In this document: one piece after another, positions 37,369-49,285 of the stretch | Position numbering within the stretch: the stretch's first letter is position 1 | How the letters are laid out: each line of letters starts with the position of its first letter | Source of the DNA: Guillardia theta CCMP2712 | Lineage: Eukaryota > Protista > Cryptophyta | Direction of reading: 5' to 3' | NCBI RefSeq assembly: GCF_000315625.1 | Contig: NW_005434645.1 | Span: 295,925 to 359,924, forward strand | DNA length: 64,000 nucleotides | Program-made: the position numbers and the translations under genes | Notes under the pieces: generated by a model | What the model was told of the DNA's origin: nothing | What the model saw: only the letters and a program-made list of their open reading frames with translations | Database searches by the model: none

Positions 37369-39836
37369 TCAAATCGAAAGGGAGCCTAGGTTGTATGATA
37401 GCATCTGCTGCTGCGGCCGTTGGGACGACGACACGTAGCCAGGGCGCCTGTAGCTGCCGCCTTGGTAGCCCCACCTGTCACTCCCTCCTCTCTGCCCATA
37501 GGAGCTCCTGCCGCTGCGTGGAGTGAGATAGCTTGCAGCACGTGTGGCCATATCATAACATTCACCTGCTCCTGCCGTACCTGTCCCTCCCCGAGTATCC
37601 TGAGCGGCTCATGGCTGGACGACCAGAGATGGTCAGGGAGGAAGACGTAAGGGTTGTCAGGGTGCTCACATGAACGTCGTCTCAGGGAGGCGAGATGAGT
37701 CAAGAAGTCAGGGATGGGTTGGTTCGCCTTGGTCAGAATCTGCGAAGCAGCAGAGTTAAGGTCACCTCTTCACTCGAACTGATGTCTCTTTCTCGTTCTC
37801 CCTCCTCCTTTCACCACCATCACCACCATCTCCTTCCCTCTCGTTCTTTCCCTTCCTCCATTCTCCTCCTCCTCCTCCTCCTCGCTCCAGCCCCCCCTCC
37901 GCCCCACCCTCTCCCTACCACCCAAAAAATTTCCCTGCCCAATGCCCCTCGTCCTCCTTGCTCTACCTTGATCAGATCGCCTGCGCTTCCTGCGTCTCCA
38001 TCGCAGATGAAGGTGTGAGCATGTCCCTTGGCGCCAGCACGGCCTGTCCGCCCGACACGATGCACCCAATCCTCCGCCTAGAGGCTAAGGGTGAGGGGCA
38101 CACATAGAGGAAGGATGCGGGAGTGAGGAGCCTACCCCGCTGGAGGGAAGATCGAAGTTGATGACGTGCGACACGCCTTTGATGTCCAGGCCCCTAGCAG
38201 CCACGTCTGTCGCTACGATAACCTGCTCGACATGCTTCAGCGTGAAGGTTCTTGTACACACGAGGGCAAGGAGAGGGCCAAAGGAAGCAAGGGTAGAAGA
38301 GGAAGGTATCTCAAGATGATCGGAGAAGATCCTGGTACCTGCGCTCTCCCAGACGTGAAGTCGTTGAGTGCTCGGAGCCTTTCATCCTGCAACTTGCCTC
38401 CATGGATACTCTAGAGGAATGATCAGTGCATGCTGTGAATGGTCTTCGATTCGCTCACTCGCGCTCTCCATGACTGTTGTCTCAGCTTTCTCGAGATAAG
38501 GTCGCAGTTCCGCTTTGTGTTGACAAAAATCTTGCGGAAGGAAAGTCAAAGTGACGCAGAAGCACAAGAATTCACTCACAATTATGCTCGCATCACATGC
38601 AGATGGATCAGGAGAGATGGTTTGAAGCACTTCAAGCAGCTTCGCCTCCTGCAGTCAAGCCAGTGAACGACATCCCCCGTCGCTTCTCCGGCTCACAAAC
38701 CTTGGTATGCGATCTCACGTGATGAAATTCTTGCACTACATCGCTGTTGACGATCAGCTCATCAACTCCGCCAACATTGACTTGAACGGCCTCATGCAAG
38801 TACGTCGCCGCAAGCTTCTGCACTCCTCTGCGACATCAGTCAGCCAACACATGGAGGAATCCAACCTCAATAACTACTTGGGCCAAGTAGCAGTAAAGGT
38901 GATTGTCTGTCTGACTGGATGTGCTGGAAGCGTCTTGAAAATCTTCTTGATCTGTGGCTCGAATCCCATATCCAACATCCTGTCTGCCTCGTCGAGCACA
39001 ACATACTCCACTTGGTCCAGCCGAGCTGTGCCGCAGTCTATGAAGTCATTGAGCCTTCCTGGAGTTGCGATGATGAGGTGAGCTCCCATGTTCAGTTGTC
39101 TCATCTGCATGCCCCTTCCAACACCTCCAAAGATCGCAACGTTTACAATACCGCATGACTTTCCAAACTTCTGCGCCTCTGCTGTGATCTGTACAACTAG
39201 CTCCCTAGTCGGTGCCAGCACGAGGGCATGAGAGCGTACTGGCGAGTTGGAATACTTGGACGACCGGGACCCTCGACGCTTCATCTCAAGATCAGGGCAC
39301 AACTTGAGAATCTTCATGAAGGCGCAGAACAGATACCCACACGTCTTCCCACTCCCTGTCTTCGCTACCGCCACCAGGTCTCTTTTGGCCGCCAGGTACG
39401 GCCAGCATTGAGCTTGGATGGGAGAAGGATGTTGAAACCCAGCAGCTCTCACCTCAGTCAGGATCTCCTGAGCGAAAGGCGCCTTGGCGAAAGTTTGGAT
39501 GGGATCCAACGGTATCGAGCTCTTGGGATCCTTGACCTGGATCTCGAACTTGGACCTGTACTCCGAGGGACTCACTCCATCCATCCCCAGCGAGGGAGGC
39601 TTGTCGTCATCCTGTGCTCCTCGTGACTCCAAGTACATCCGCTTCCCTCTCGTATCCAGTGTCCGCTGCGTTATGCTCTTGATCATGGTGCTGTCGATGG
39701 CAGACTGCTCGTGCCCTCCTCGAAGTCTGATGTCGTCCGCATGCAACAACAACCCGGAGGAGAGTGTGCTACAGGTTATGCTCACACAGAAACACAAGAC
39801 GAGGAAAGCAGCGTAGAGGAGGCGCTTCATATGCAT
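37369..39836 (-). CDS. DEAD-box RNA helicase, DBP2/DDX5-like, with N-terminal signal peptide
   Basis: Q motif [56 protein letters not shown], later exons with [11 protein letters not shown] and [10 protein letters not shown]; Arg/Gly-rich C-terminus; leader [23 protein letters not shown]. Confidence 0.93.
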
Positions 39837-40469
39837 GAGGTTGGCCCTTGCGAGCTTCAGAGTTTGCAGGGTTCTATGGGGCATATCTTTGCCCTTCCGT
39901 CTGTCTCCTTCGCTCAGTTTTTCCGGAGCATTTTCAAAATAAGAGGTCGAGGATCAGATTTGAATCTACAATAGGCAGTCAGAGATGATCGGCCAGGGGG
40001 CATTACAGCACAGTCAAACATTCCGCATCTACTAACTTTAACGGCTTCACTCAAGGCCGCATACATCATGTCTGCACAGCCCTCCCCGCAAAGGCACTCC
40101 TCTACATAGACTCCTCCCTGACCTTGCTATCTCGTCCGATTCTGCTATCTCTCTCGCCTCTTTCTCTCCTCCTTCCCCTTCCGTCTCCCCTGCCATCACT
40201 CTTCACGTGCCGCCATGGGACCCTAGCTAGGGTTTCGCCTTGGGGGCAGCACTACCCTCCTACCCCCAGCCTTACCCATAGCCCTCTCAATCTCCCGAAC
40301 CCCTGCACCCTACCCTACCTTACTATTCATCCTTCTTCATACCACAAAGTACCCGTAGTTGCCTCAGTCTCAACTATCTCGTGGCTCTGAGGCGGACAGG
40401 GCTGCTGCCAAAGAGCCTAGCAAGCGCCTCCTGGCTACTTTGATGTGTGTACGATATCATGGCATGCCT

Positions 40470-43400
40470 TCATATGATCTTCACATAGACATACTCGTTG
40501 TTGTTGCAGGTTTGTCCTCCCAAACAGAGTGCTGACCGATCGTAGCCGGCGATGGCAGGGCGACGCTTCTTAAGGGCGTTCTCCTCCCTCCCTGTGCGCT
40601 GACCTTGTTCGGAACCTCGTAGGATCGCTTCATACCTGCAGGAAGTCACTTCTCCCGACCTCGCACTCGCTTCCCCTCCCCACCTCCCGCTGCTCAGGAC
40701 CCGAACAGCTTCAGCGTAAGCGTCATCGACCTCGAGCGAGGCAAGGAGCCGTTCACTGTTCTTGAGGAACCTGAGGAGGGACGGAGGAGGAGACTCAGGG
40801 CTTCAAAGAAGGAGCATAGGTGACGTGGCAAGAAGACCTTGTGAGGATGGCGTCGTGCAGCCGGGTCTGGACCTCCTTCCTGTTGGCCTGCAGGAGGGCA
40901 AGAAGGTCTTGCTGCTCTACCTCCTGCTCACAGGGCACCCAACATCATCAAGGAGCCAGCAGCACGATTAGGATCCCAAGACTCAGCCTCTCTTCCCCCC
41001 GCTTCCCCCTCTCCTCGGCCATCTTCCCGCTTCCTCCGCTCCCGCTCTTCCTTCCACTCCTCTCACCATCGCCCTGAGCGAGGATGCTACATATCTACTG
41101 ACCTCGAGGAGCGCTAGGCTGTGCAGGGACTTCACCATACCGTCGCTCTTCAGCTTCTCCATCAGCTGCCGACCGGCGCGTCAGGACCGTCAAAATCCAA
41201 CGGGCGACCTCACCCGGTCGACCTCCGGGTCACGCGCCTCCCGCGTCTTGAGGAAATCTGCCACATACAAGGAGAAGCTGGTCCAGATTTCCTCCTCGGA
41301 GCTCCTGATCTACATCGCCTTTCAGCGGCCCACCCCCTTCCCCNNNNNNNNNNNNNNNNNNNNNNNNNNNNNNNNNNNNNNNNNNNNNNNNNNNNNNNNN
41401 NNNNNNNNNNNNNNNNNNNNNNNNNNNNNNNNNNNNNNNNNNNGCCGTCCCTCCCCTCCCCCTCCCCCTCCCTCTCCCCCTTCCCCCCAAATCCTCCTCC
41501 TCGACCTCCTCCTCGACCTCCTCCTCGACCTCCTCCTCCTCCTTGACCTCCTCCTCCTCCATTCATCCGTCCATCCAGAAGTTCAGCCTCACAGAAGCAA
41601 CGATGTCAGACGTTGAGGATGTTCCAACGGGCTCCAGGTTCTTCTCCACCATGGCTCCATGCCTCTCGCACCACCTTGCATGCAGGTCAAGGGCGGCAGC
41701 GAGCACGAGACAACGTCGCACAAGGAAGCGAAGTCGAAGTAGACTCCTCTCAGAGTCAAGAGCTCTCCGACCCTCCCACCCCTCCCCGCGCTCACTTGGA
41801 CGTCGGGCTGGACCCCGCTACCACCCCTCACTGGCCTTCCATTCACCGTCTTGGCCTGTCTGTCGACCACCTCCTGCACTTGGGGAGGGGTGAACTTGGA
41901 CACGCATCTTCCGGACGGGGAGAGGAGGATCGAGGTAGTTAACCGCACGATGTCGCTTTCCCCGAGCTTCATGACCTGAGCAAGACACGGAGGTCAGCCG
42001 TCGGGCCCGCCTCGCACGCCATGGACTAACCTGCTGTGCTGACGCCTTGCCGTATGTCTCTTCCCCTATGATGACACCTCTGTCTAGGTCCTAGCAAGCA
42101 AATCAGGGAATGAAAGTGCTGGGCAGGATCGCTTTCCCCCAAAATGGGAGAAGGAAGAAGAGGAGGAAGAGAGGAAAGAGGAGGAGGAGGTGTTGATGGA
42201 GGTGTTGATGGAGGTGTTGGTGGTGATGGTGGAACACGGCAGGTCATTGTCATCACCTGGATCGCAGCAGCAAGAACCTCCGCGCTACTCCTCGTCGCCG
42301 AGTTGACAAGGATGGCAATCTTGACCGCTCTCAACTCCTGAGACAAGGAGTTCTCCGGGGTCAAGTATCTCTCTCTGATTGTGTTCCCCGGGCAGCTAGT
42401 CTGAAGCTTGCTGTCTTCTCCTCCCTCTTGCGATGCAGCAGTCCCCCGTCTGGCAATCGCAACATGAGCAACTGTCTTTCAGCCAGCAGCAGAGCTCCTC
42501 ACTTGAGGCAGGTGTCGACCACAGGGCTGCCCTCCGGCATGAACAAGCCAGCGATCTACGTTTTGTCATCAGCGGGCGAGGCCGAGGGGAGAGAAGCAAT
42601 CCTTTGCCTCGACTGCAGATGACAGCAGCCCACCAGGGTTGTCCCTCAGGTCTACAATCATAGCTCTTAACTCTCCTTCAGACTCCTTGAGAATGTCCCG
42701 CACAGCAGCCTGTTGAACAAACCTCAGCTGCTTGCTAGTGAGCCAGGACTTTTGTCCTCCCGACATTGGCAGAGCAAGCATCAAGTCTCAAACAATCCCC
42801 ATCTTGCTCATCTCACAAGCATCGGCAACGCTCTCTCTACCTCTGCCTCCATTGGCGACGAAGGCCCCATGTCCTTGAGCTTCATGTACCCTGTGCTTCC
42901 AGCTGGACTCCTCGCAGTGAAAGCAAGAGGAACGGATGGAGTCTCCATCGCCTGTGCACGAGCTTGTGCTCTAATCTTCATCGTCCTCGCCATCCCAGGT
43001 CTTTCCATCTCGAGCTCGACCTGACCAGCCTCCCTCTTGCTCACCATCCCTGACACCTCCTCCAACGACGTCGTAGCGTCGACCCGCACACCGTCGATGC
43101 GCGTTATGATATCCCCCGTCCTCAGCCCTGCCTGTATAACCGCGTTAGCGCATCCTATCGTCGATCAGCATGATCGTGAGCAGACTTGTTCTGCAGGACT
43201 CGACTCAAAGACGCTGGTCACTGTGAGGCGATCGGGCAGTCTTGAGTCCTTCACGACGGCAGCTCCTAGACCGAGTGTGGGGCCATCGGAGAGAAAGGCA
43301 GAGGACTTGACCAAGGGATCGACTTTCTCTCTTGCTACCAGCGAGCTGAAGGGATCTTTCAACTCACTGAGCGCCGCAATCGCTGCCGACCGCCTTATCT

Positions 43401-43743
43401 CCTTCATGTTGACTTCGTAAGGATACTTAGTCTCGATGATCGACAGCACGTTGTCCAGCAGATCCTCCCCGTGTACAGCCCTGAGCTGGAAAGGAGCTAG
43501 GGACAATGTGGCTATCAGACTGACTAGTAAGAGCTTGGAGAAGACATGGCTGGCTGCGTGTAACCCCCCTTTGGCTTCGCCAGAGGGGGGTTTGAAGGAA
43601 ATCATTTGTCCCCTTTCCCTACGTGTATTGATGGCAGATGGTTTGAGCATGAGAGGTCTCGAGGAACTCATCGGAAGTTTCAGTGTTGGAGCAAAAGAGA
43701 TCATGCTTGTCATCTCTGTGTTGGACTTCGCCTGGCACTTCAC
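40470..43743 (-). CDS. ctpA: C-terminal processing peptidase (S41A, CtpA/Prc-like) with PDZ domain and long C-terminal extension
   Basis: AIAALSELKDPFS, PDZ (VTSVFESSPAEQ), TGYMKL, MIVDLRDNPGGLL, ILVNSATRSSAEVLAAAIQ (catalytic Ser), GVIIGEETYGKA (catalytic Lys), TVNGRPVRGGSGVQPDV; hydrophobic leader LLLVSLIATLSLAPFQLRAVHG. Spans a gap; 5' end uncertain. Confidence 0.85.
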
Positions 43744-44332
43744 ACGAGAGATTTGCGGGGTTTGAGCGATGAATCAGACTTCATCGATAAGACTTCATCT
43801 TCATGTCGTCGAACTTCATCCCGTTGCTTCCCTCGTCGTCCTTCCTTACAGCTCACCCCTCCTCGTTCCTTCACCATTCTCGCATACGTTCACCAGTTGG
43901 ATCTAAGATTTGAATTTTGGTCTTTGATTAAATACAAATTTCATAGTCAAATTTCAATAATGTAGCATATTTCTGAGAGATCACATAAAGGACTAGCTAA
44001 CAGGCCAGGTGCTACGTGCAATACATTGGCGATCAGGCTTATCAAGTGGTGTACCGGCTTATGCATTGCTACCTATCTCGGGTCATAGGAAGTTGCTAGA
44101 TAGTAGAATCCTTTAAGTGTCTGGTCCTCACGGACCCCACGAATACGCTGAGATGAAGATGCTGGCGAGAGATCAGGAGGGGAGGGGAGGGGAGAGGACA
44201 GACAGGGAATGGCAGGATAGGACAACAGGGAAGGTGGGAAAGAGAGGAATGCAGAAGGGTAAGCAGGAAGGAGGGAAAGGAGAAGTTAGATGCATGAAGG
44301 CAGGAAGCATTGCAAGGAAGAGAGAAGAGAGA

Positions 44333-44395
<63 letters not shown>

Positions 44396-44408
44396 GGAAG
44401 GTACAACC

Positions 44409-44620
44409 TCACGACGATCGCGGTCATTGTGAAACTTGCGGAGGAGGTTTGACTCGAACTTCTTGGGCTTGGAGAGCTTGAAGCACATCAGCTTCCTGAA
44501 ATGCTTCTCCCCTCGCGTCAGGCCGGACGCGATCCCGGCTCCGATGTGAATCATCGGAGCCTCCTGCCCGCACGCCATCCCACTCGCCACCGACAGGATC
44601 GTCCCGACGACCTTGACGAA
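44409..44620 (-). other. Isolated exon of a CLC chloride channel/transporter (CLC-6/7-like), truncated by a gap
   Basis: FVKVVGTILSVASGMACGQEAPMIHIGAGIASG...FHNDRDRRE corresponds to the CLC GxEGPxxH motif and the FRNDRDRRD segment; no flanking CLC exons visible. Confidence 0.8.
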
Positions 44621-44895
44621 NNNNNNNNNNNNNNNNNNNNNNNNNNNNNNNNNNNNNNNNNNNNNNNNNNNNNNNNNNNNNNNNNNNNNNNNNNNNNNNN
44701 NNNNNNNNNNNNNNNNNNNNAGAGAGAAGAGAGAAGAGAGAAGAGAGAAGGGGAGAGAAGTGAAGTAAATAGGAGAGAATATGTGAATACGTTGAACGAT
44801 CGCATCTTGGGAGGAGCGTGCTAGACGGCAAGCTGTATGTTATATCGAGGTCAAAGAAATGGACCTCAAAGTAATGTTTGTTGCCAGGGATTAGC

Positions 44896-47091
44896 ATGCC
44901 TGTCTCTGTTCAGCTCCTGGAAGCGTTGGATGACGCCTGCAAGGAAGAAGACCAGGAGAAGATCTGCGACGTGCTGGACAGGCTGCAGGAGACCGACCTG
45001 GACGTTGACTTCATAGTGAAGCATGTGGGAAAGAAAGTGAAGCTGCTGAGGACGCACTCGAGCGCGGAGGTGAAGAAGAAGGCAGTGGCCCTGACGCAGT
45101 TCTGGAAGGAGGTGGTCAAGAAGAAGGTGGAGTCGAGCGGGAAGGGGAAGGGGAGAGCGGCGGTGAAGGTCAAGGAGGAGGAAGTGAAGCAAGAGGGTGA
45201 GTTTGTGCCTCCTCCGCCGCGTCTCTTTGTTGTTGCACGTCCTCCCTCCCCTCCCTCCCCTCCCCCTCGCCTCACATGCGCTCGAGTGAAGTTTCTCGTT
45301 TTTCTCCAGCTCCCGTTGATTTTGTGTGTGCTGCGCTCAAACGTCAACGATCGTTTCCTCTCCGCTCCTCTCGCTCGTTGCGACTGTGTAGACCCTCCCT
45401 GGTCCTGTACTTGGCTGCTCTATGTTGGCCTGGCACGGACTCTTACACCAGCACGCACCATTTCTTCTCTGCAGTTGATAATGCGGCGAAGATCGGCAAA
45501 GACTCGATCGAGAGATCGGGGAAGATCGCGGTAAGGAGGAGGAGGAGCGGAAGGAGGAGAGGCAGGAGGAGGAGCGGAAGGAGGAGGGGCTGGAAGAGGA
45601 GGGGCAGGAAGAGAGGTAGGAGGAGGAGGAGGAGGAGGAGGAGGAGGAGGAGAGGCGAGGAGGAGGAGGAGGAGGAGGAGGAGGAGGAGGAGGAGTAGGA
45701 GAGGCAGGAGGAGGAGGAGGAGGAGGAGGAGGAGGAGGAGGAGTAGGGGGGGCAGGAGGAGGAGGACGAGAGGCAGGAGGAGTGCCTTAACGATTCCTGC
45801 AGGTTCTCCCGGAAAGAACGAGGGCAATCAATCACAAGAATGTTGAATCCTGTCCGAAGGGGAAGCCTGTCGTTTACTGGATGAGCAGGTAGGAGGGAGA
45901 GGTAAAGGGGAAGGAGGGGGGATAGAGAGAGGAAGGAGAACTTTCAACTCACAGACAGTTTGCAGAGATCAGCGGGTACAAGACAACTGGGCTATGCTGT
46001 ATGCTCGCATGCGAGAGGAGAACGATCTCTGACTGTCGTCTCCTCCTCTCTAGTTATGCTCAGCAACAAGCCCTGGAGGCCGGTGCCCCCCTTGCTGTCT
46101 GCTTCAACCTCGTCGACTCGTTCCTTGGGGCCGGGCTGCGGCAGTTCGGCTTCATGCTGCGCGGGCTGAAGGAGGTAAGAGGAGGAGGAGGAGGAGGAGG
46201 AGGAGGAAGGAGGTGTGGGTGGTAGCGAGAGATCAGACAGGTCAGAGATGGTCATCTTGAAGTAGAGGAGAAGAGAGAGAAACTGAGGAGGTAGGGCGAG
46301 ATTAGATGAGAACTCAAACAAGATTTCTGAGCTGTCATTGTTCACAATGTCATGTTGTGTCAGATTCGTCCCTCCTCCTCTCCTCCATGACCGTTGCTGA
46401 TGTTGGTGGGGACCAGGTGGAGGAGGAGCTGAAGGAGCTGAACATTCCTTTCTTCCTCCTTCGGGGAGACTGCGTCAAGACCATCCCCAAGTTCGTCAAG
46501 GACAACAACGTTGGCCTCGTGGTCTGCGACTACAGCCCGCTGAGGATGGGACGAGAATGGTGAGGAGGGAGAGGTGAAGGAGGAGTAGAGGTGGTGGAGG
46601 AGACCAGAGAAGGGAGGAGGAATCTGCTNNNNNNNNNNNNNNNNNNNNNNNNNNNNNNNNNNNNNNNNNNNNNNNNNNNNNNNNNNNNNNNNNNNNNNNN
46701 NNNNNNNNNNNNNNNNNNNNNNNNNNNNCAAAGGCATCACCCCCCGTCCACCCCCAAGAGACAGACGCCCACGAGTTCGGGGAGAAAAAAGAACCGCTAG
46801 TGTGACCGGCTCTTACTCTCCTCCTCCTCCTCCTCCTCTTTTCTTCTCCAGGTTCCAGTTTGGGTTGCGTCCGACAAGCAGGAAGTGGGGGCAAGAACCC
46901 TCCGCCCGAAGATTCACAGGGTGAGATGCGTATCCTGCCCGTTCTTCTCCCTCTGAACCCACATCCTGCAGCTTCTCCCCAAGTTCCATCAGAACTTTCC
47001 CGCCGTTATGTCACATCCTCATCCTTGGAAGACTTCTCCTCCACCTACTGGTGACCTCAAAACTCCTTTCTCCTTCCCCCCATTCCTATCA

Positions 47092-47185
<94 letters not shown>

Positions 47186-49215
47186 TCTCCCTTATGAGTT
47201 GTGAATCTCATGTTCTCCTCATCGTCATTGTTCCTCGCAGATTTCGAGGCTGCCCTAAAGTCCCTCAAGTGCGACGAGAGCATTCCAGAAGTCACGTGGG
47301 CGGTGAGTCCGCAGGAGGCAGGAGGCAGGAGGGATGAGTGGGTGAGGAGCGAGGAGACAGAGAGGACGGAAGGGAGGAGGACGAGGAGGAGGAAACAGGA
47401 AGGGAACAGGAAGGAAGGAGAATAAGGAAGAGGAAGAGGAAGAGGAGATTGCCAAAGAATTCAGCGGTCTTCGCTGATTTTTCAGCAGAAACCCGGGTCA
47501 GCAGCAGGCCTTGAGAACCTCTCCAAGTTTCTCATGCAAAAATTCAAGAACTTCAACACCAAGAGGTTTTCTTTCCCTTCCCTCCCTTCCCCCTTCGCCT
47601 TCGCCTTCCCCTTCCCATCCTCCTCTTTCTTGTACCATCCTCTCCCCTTCTCCCCCCTCTCTGTTCTCTTCCTGCGTCCTGACGGCAGCGGGCGAGCAGG
47701 AACGACCCGAGCGAGGAGGTTCTGTCCGACATGTCCCCCTGGCTTCACTTCGGCCAGGTGGCGCCGGCGCGATGCGCCTTGGAGGCGAAGAGCTTCTCGA
47801 AGATGCACTCGGAGAGCTACGCGAGCTACATCGAGGAGCTGGTGGTGAGACGAGAGCTGAGCGACAACTTCTGCCACTACAACAAGAAGTATGACTCGCT
47901 TGAGGGGTGCGCGGGGTAAGACTCCTCTTCCTCCCTCTCGAGCCTGCTCCTGCTCCCGCTCCTGCTCCTGCTCCTGCTCCTGCCTCTCCGTTCTCGTCCT
48001 CATCCTCCTCTTCATCCTTCTGCTTTCTCCCGCTCATTGTCTTTTCTTCCTCCTGCTCCTGCTCGCTTTGCTCCTTCTCCTCTTACTTTTGCATCAGGTG
48101 GGCCCAGGAGACTCTCAAGGTGCATGCGGGCGACAAGCGCCCTCACGTCTACTCGCTTGCGAAGCTCGAGGAGGCGAAGACCCACGACGATCTCTGGAAC
48201 GCTGCACAGCTCGAGCTGGTGCACAGGTGGGAGAGGAGAGGAGAGGAGAGAAAGGGAGCAAGAAAGAGGAGGTGAGGATGGAGAAAGACGTCAGGAAAAT
48301 AATAATGTGCATCGTTGAAGATGGAGATGGGGAAGGGAAGGAGGAATGAAGAAGGAGGAGGACGGGGACGGGGACGAGGACGGGGACGAGGACGGGCAGG
48401 AGGAGAAGGGCGAGGAGGAAGGAGGAAGGAGGAAGGATCATGACTTGGAAGCAGGGGGAAGATGCATGGCTTCATGAGGATGTACTGGGCTAAGAAGATC
48501 CTCGAGTGGACCTCGTCGCCGGAGGAAGCGCTCAAGTTCGCCATCCTGCTCAACGACAAGTACAACCTTGACGGCAGAGACCCCAATGGCTTCGTCGGAT
48601 GGTGAACCTCCTCCCTCCTCTGCACGGCCTCCCTGCTCCTCCCTCCCTCCCTCCCTCTCCCTCCTCCTCTTGTCTCCTCCTCACTTGTGCTCTCAGCATG
48701 TGGTCGATTGGTGGCGTTCACGACATGGGGTGAGGCGGCGTAGTAGCAGAGGGAGGAGGAGGAGGGGAAGAAGGAGAAGGAAGATGAGGGAGGGGGATAG
48801 AGAGGAGGGGATGACGATTGAGCAGATGGAAGGAGAGGCCAATCTTCGGCAAGATCCGCTACATGAACTATGAAAGTTGTAAGCGGAAGNNNNNNNNNNN
48901 NNNNNNNNNNNNNNNNNNNNNNNNNNNNNNNNNNNNNNNNNNNNNNNNNNNNNNNNNNNNNNNNNNNNNNNNNNNNNNNNNNNNNNNNNTCCTCCTCCTC
49001 CTCCTCCTCCTCCTCCATCCTGCTTGCCTCCTCTGCCGCTGTCTGCACGTTCCTCGTGCTATCCTTTGCCTGTGCTCTGATCTCCCTCCTCTCTCCTTGC
49101 CCTTGCTGCTCTCTTGCTGCCTCTCACTTCCACTTGCCTTCTCCTCACGGCGAGCATGCAGTATGTCAACAAGATGAAGCAGCTGGTTGCGACGGTGAAG
49201 AAGGTCAAGACTTGA
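44896..49215 (+). CDS. PHR1: Class II CPD photolyase fused to an N-terminal TFIIS-N (TND/LW)-like domain
   Basis: Photolyase exons: [133 protein letters not shown]. Exon 1 (44896-45196) encodes a TND-like helical domain. Two internal gaps. Confidence 0.92.
47092..47182. repeat. (CCTGCT)n intronic microsatellite
   Basis: About 15 perfect hexamer units. Confidence 0.95.
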
Positions 49216-49285
49216 GAGCTTGAGTTTACAACAACATGAGGCTAAGATGAGTTGAGGCCCGGGCCTTTAAACATGTAGAACAACT

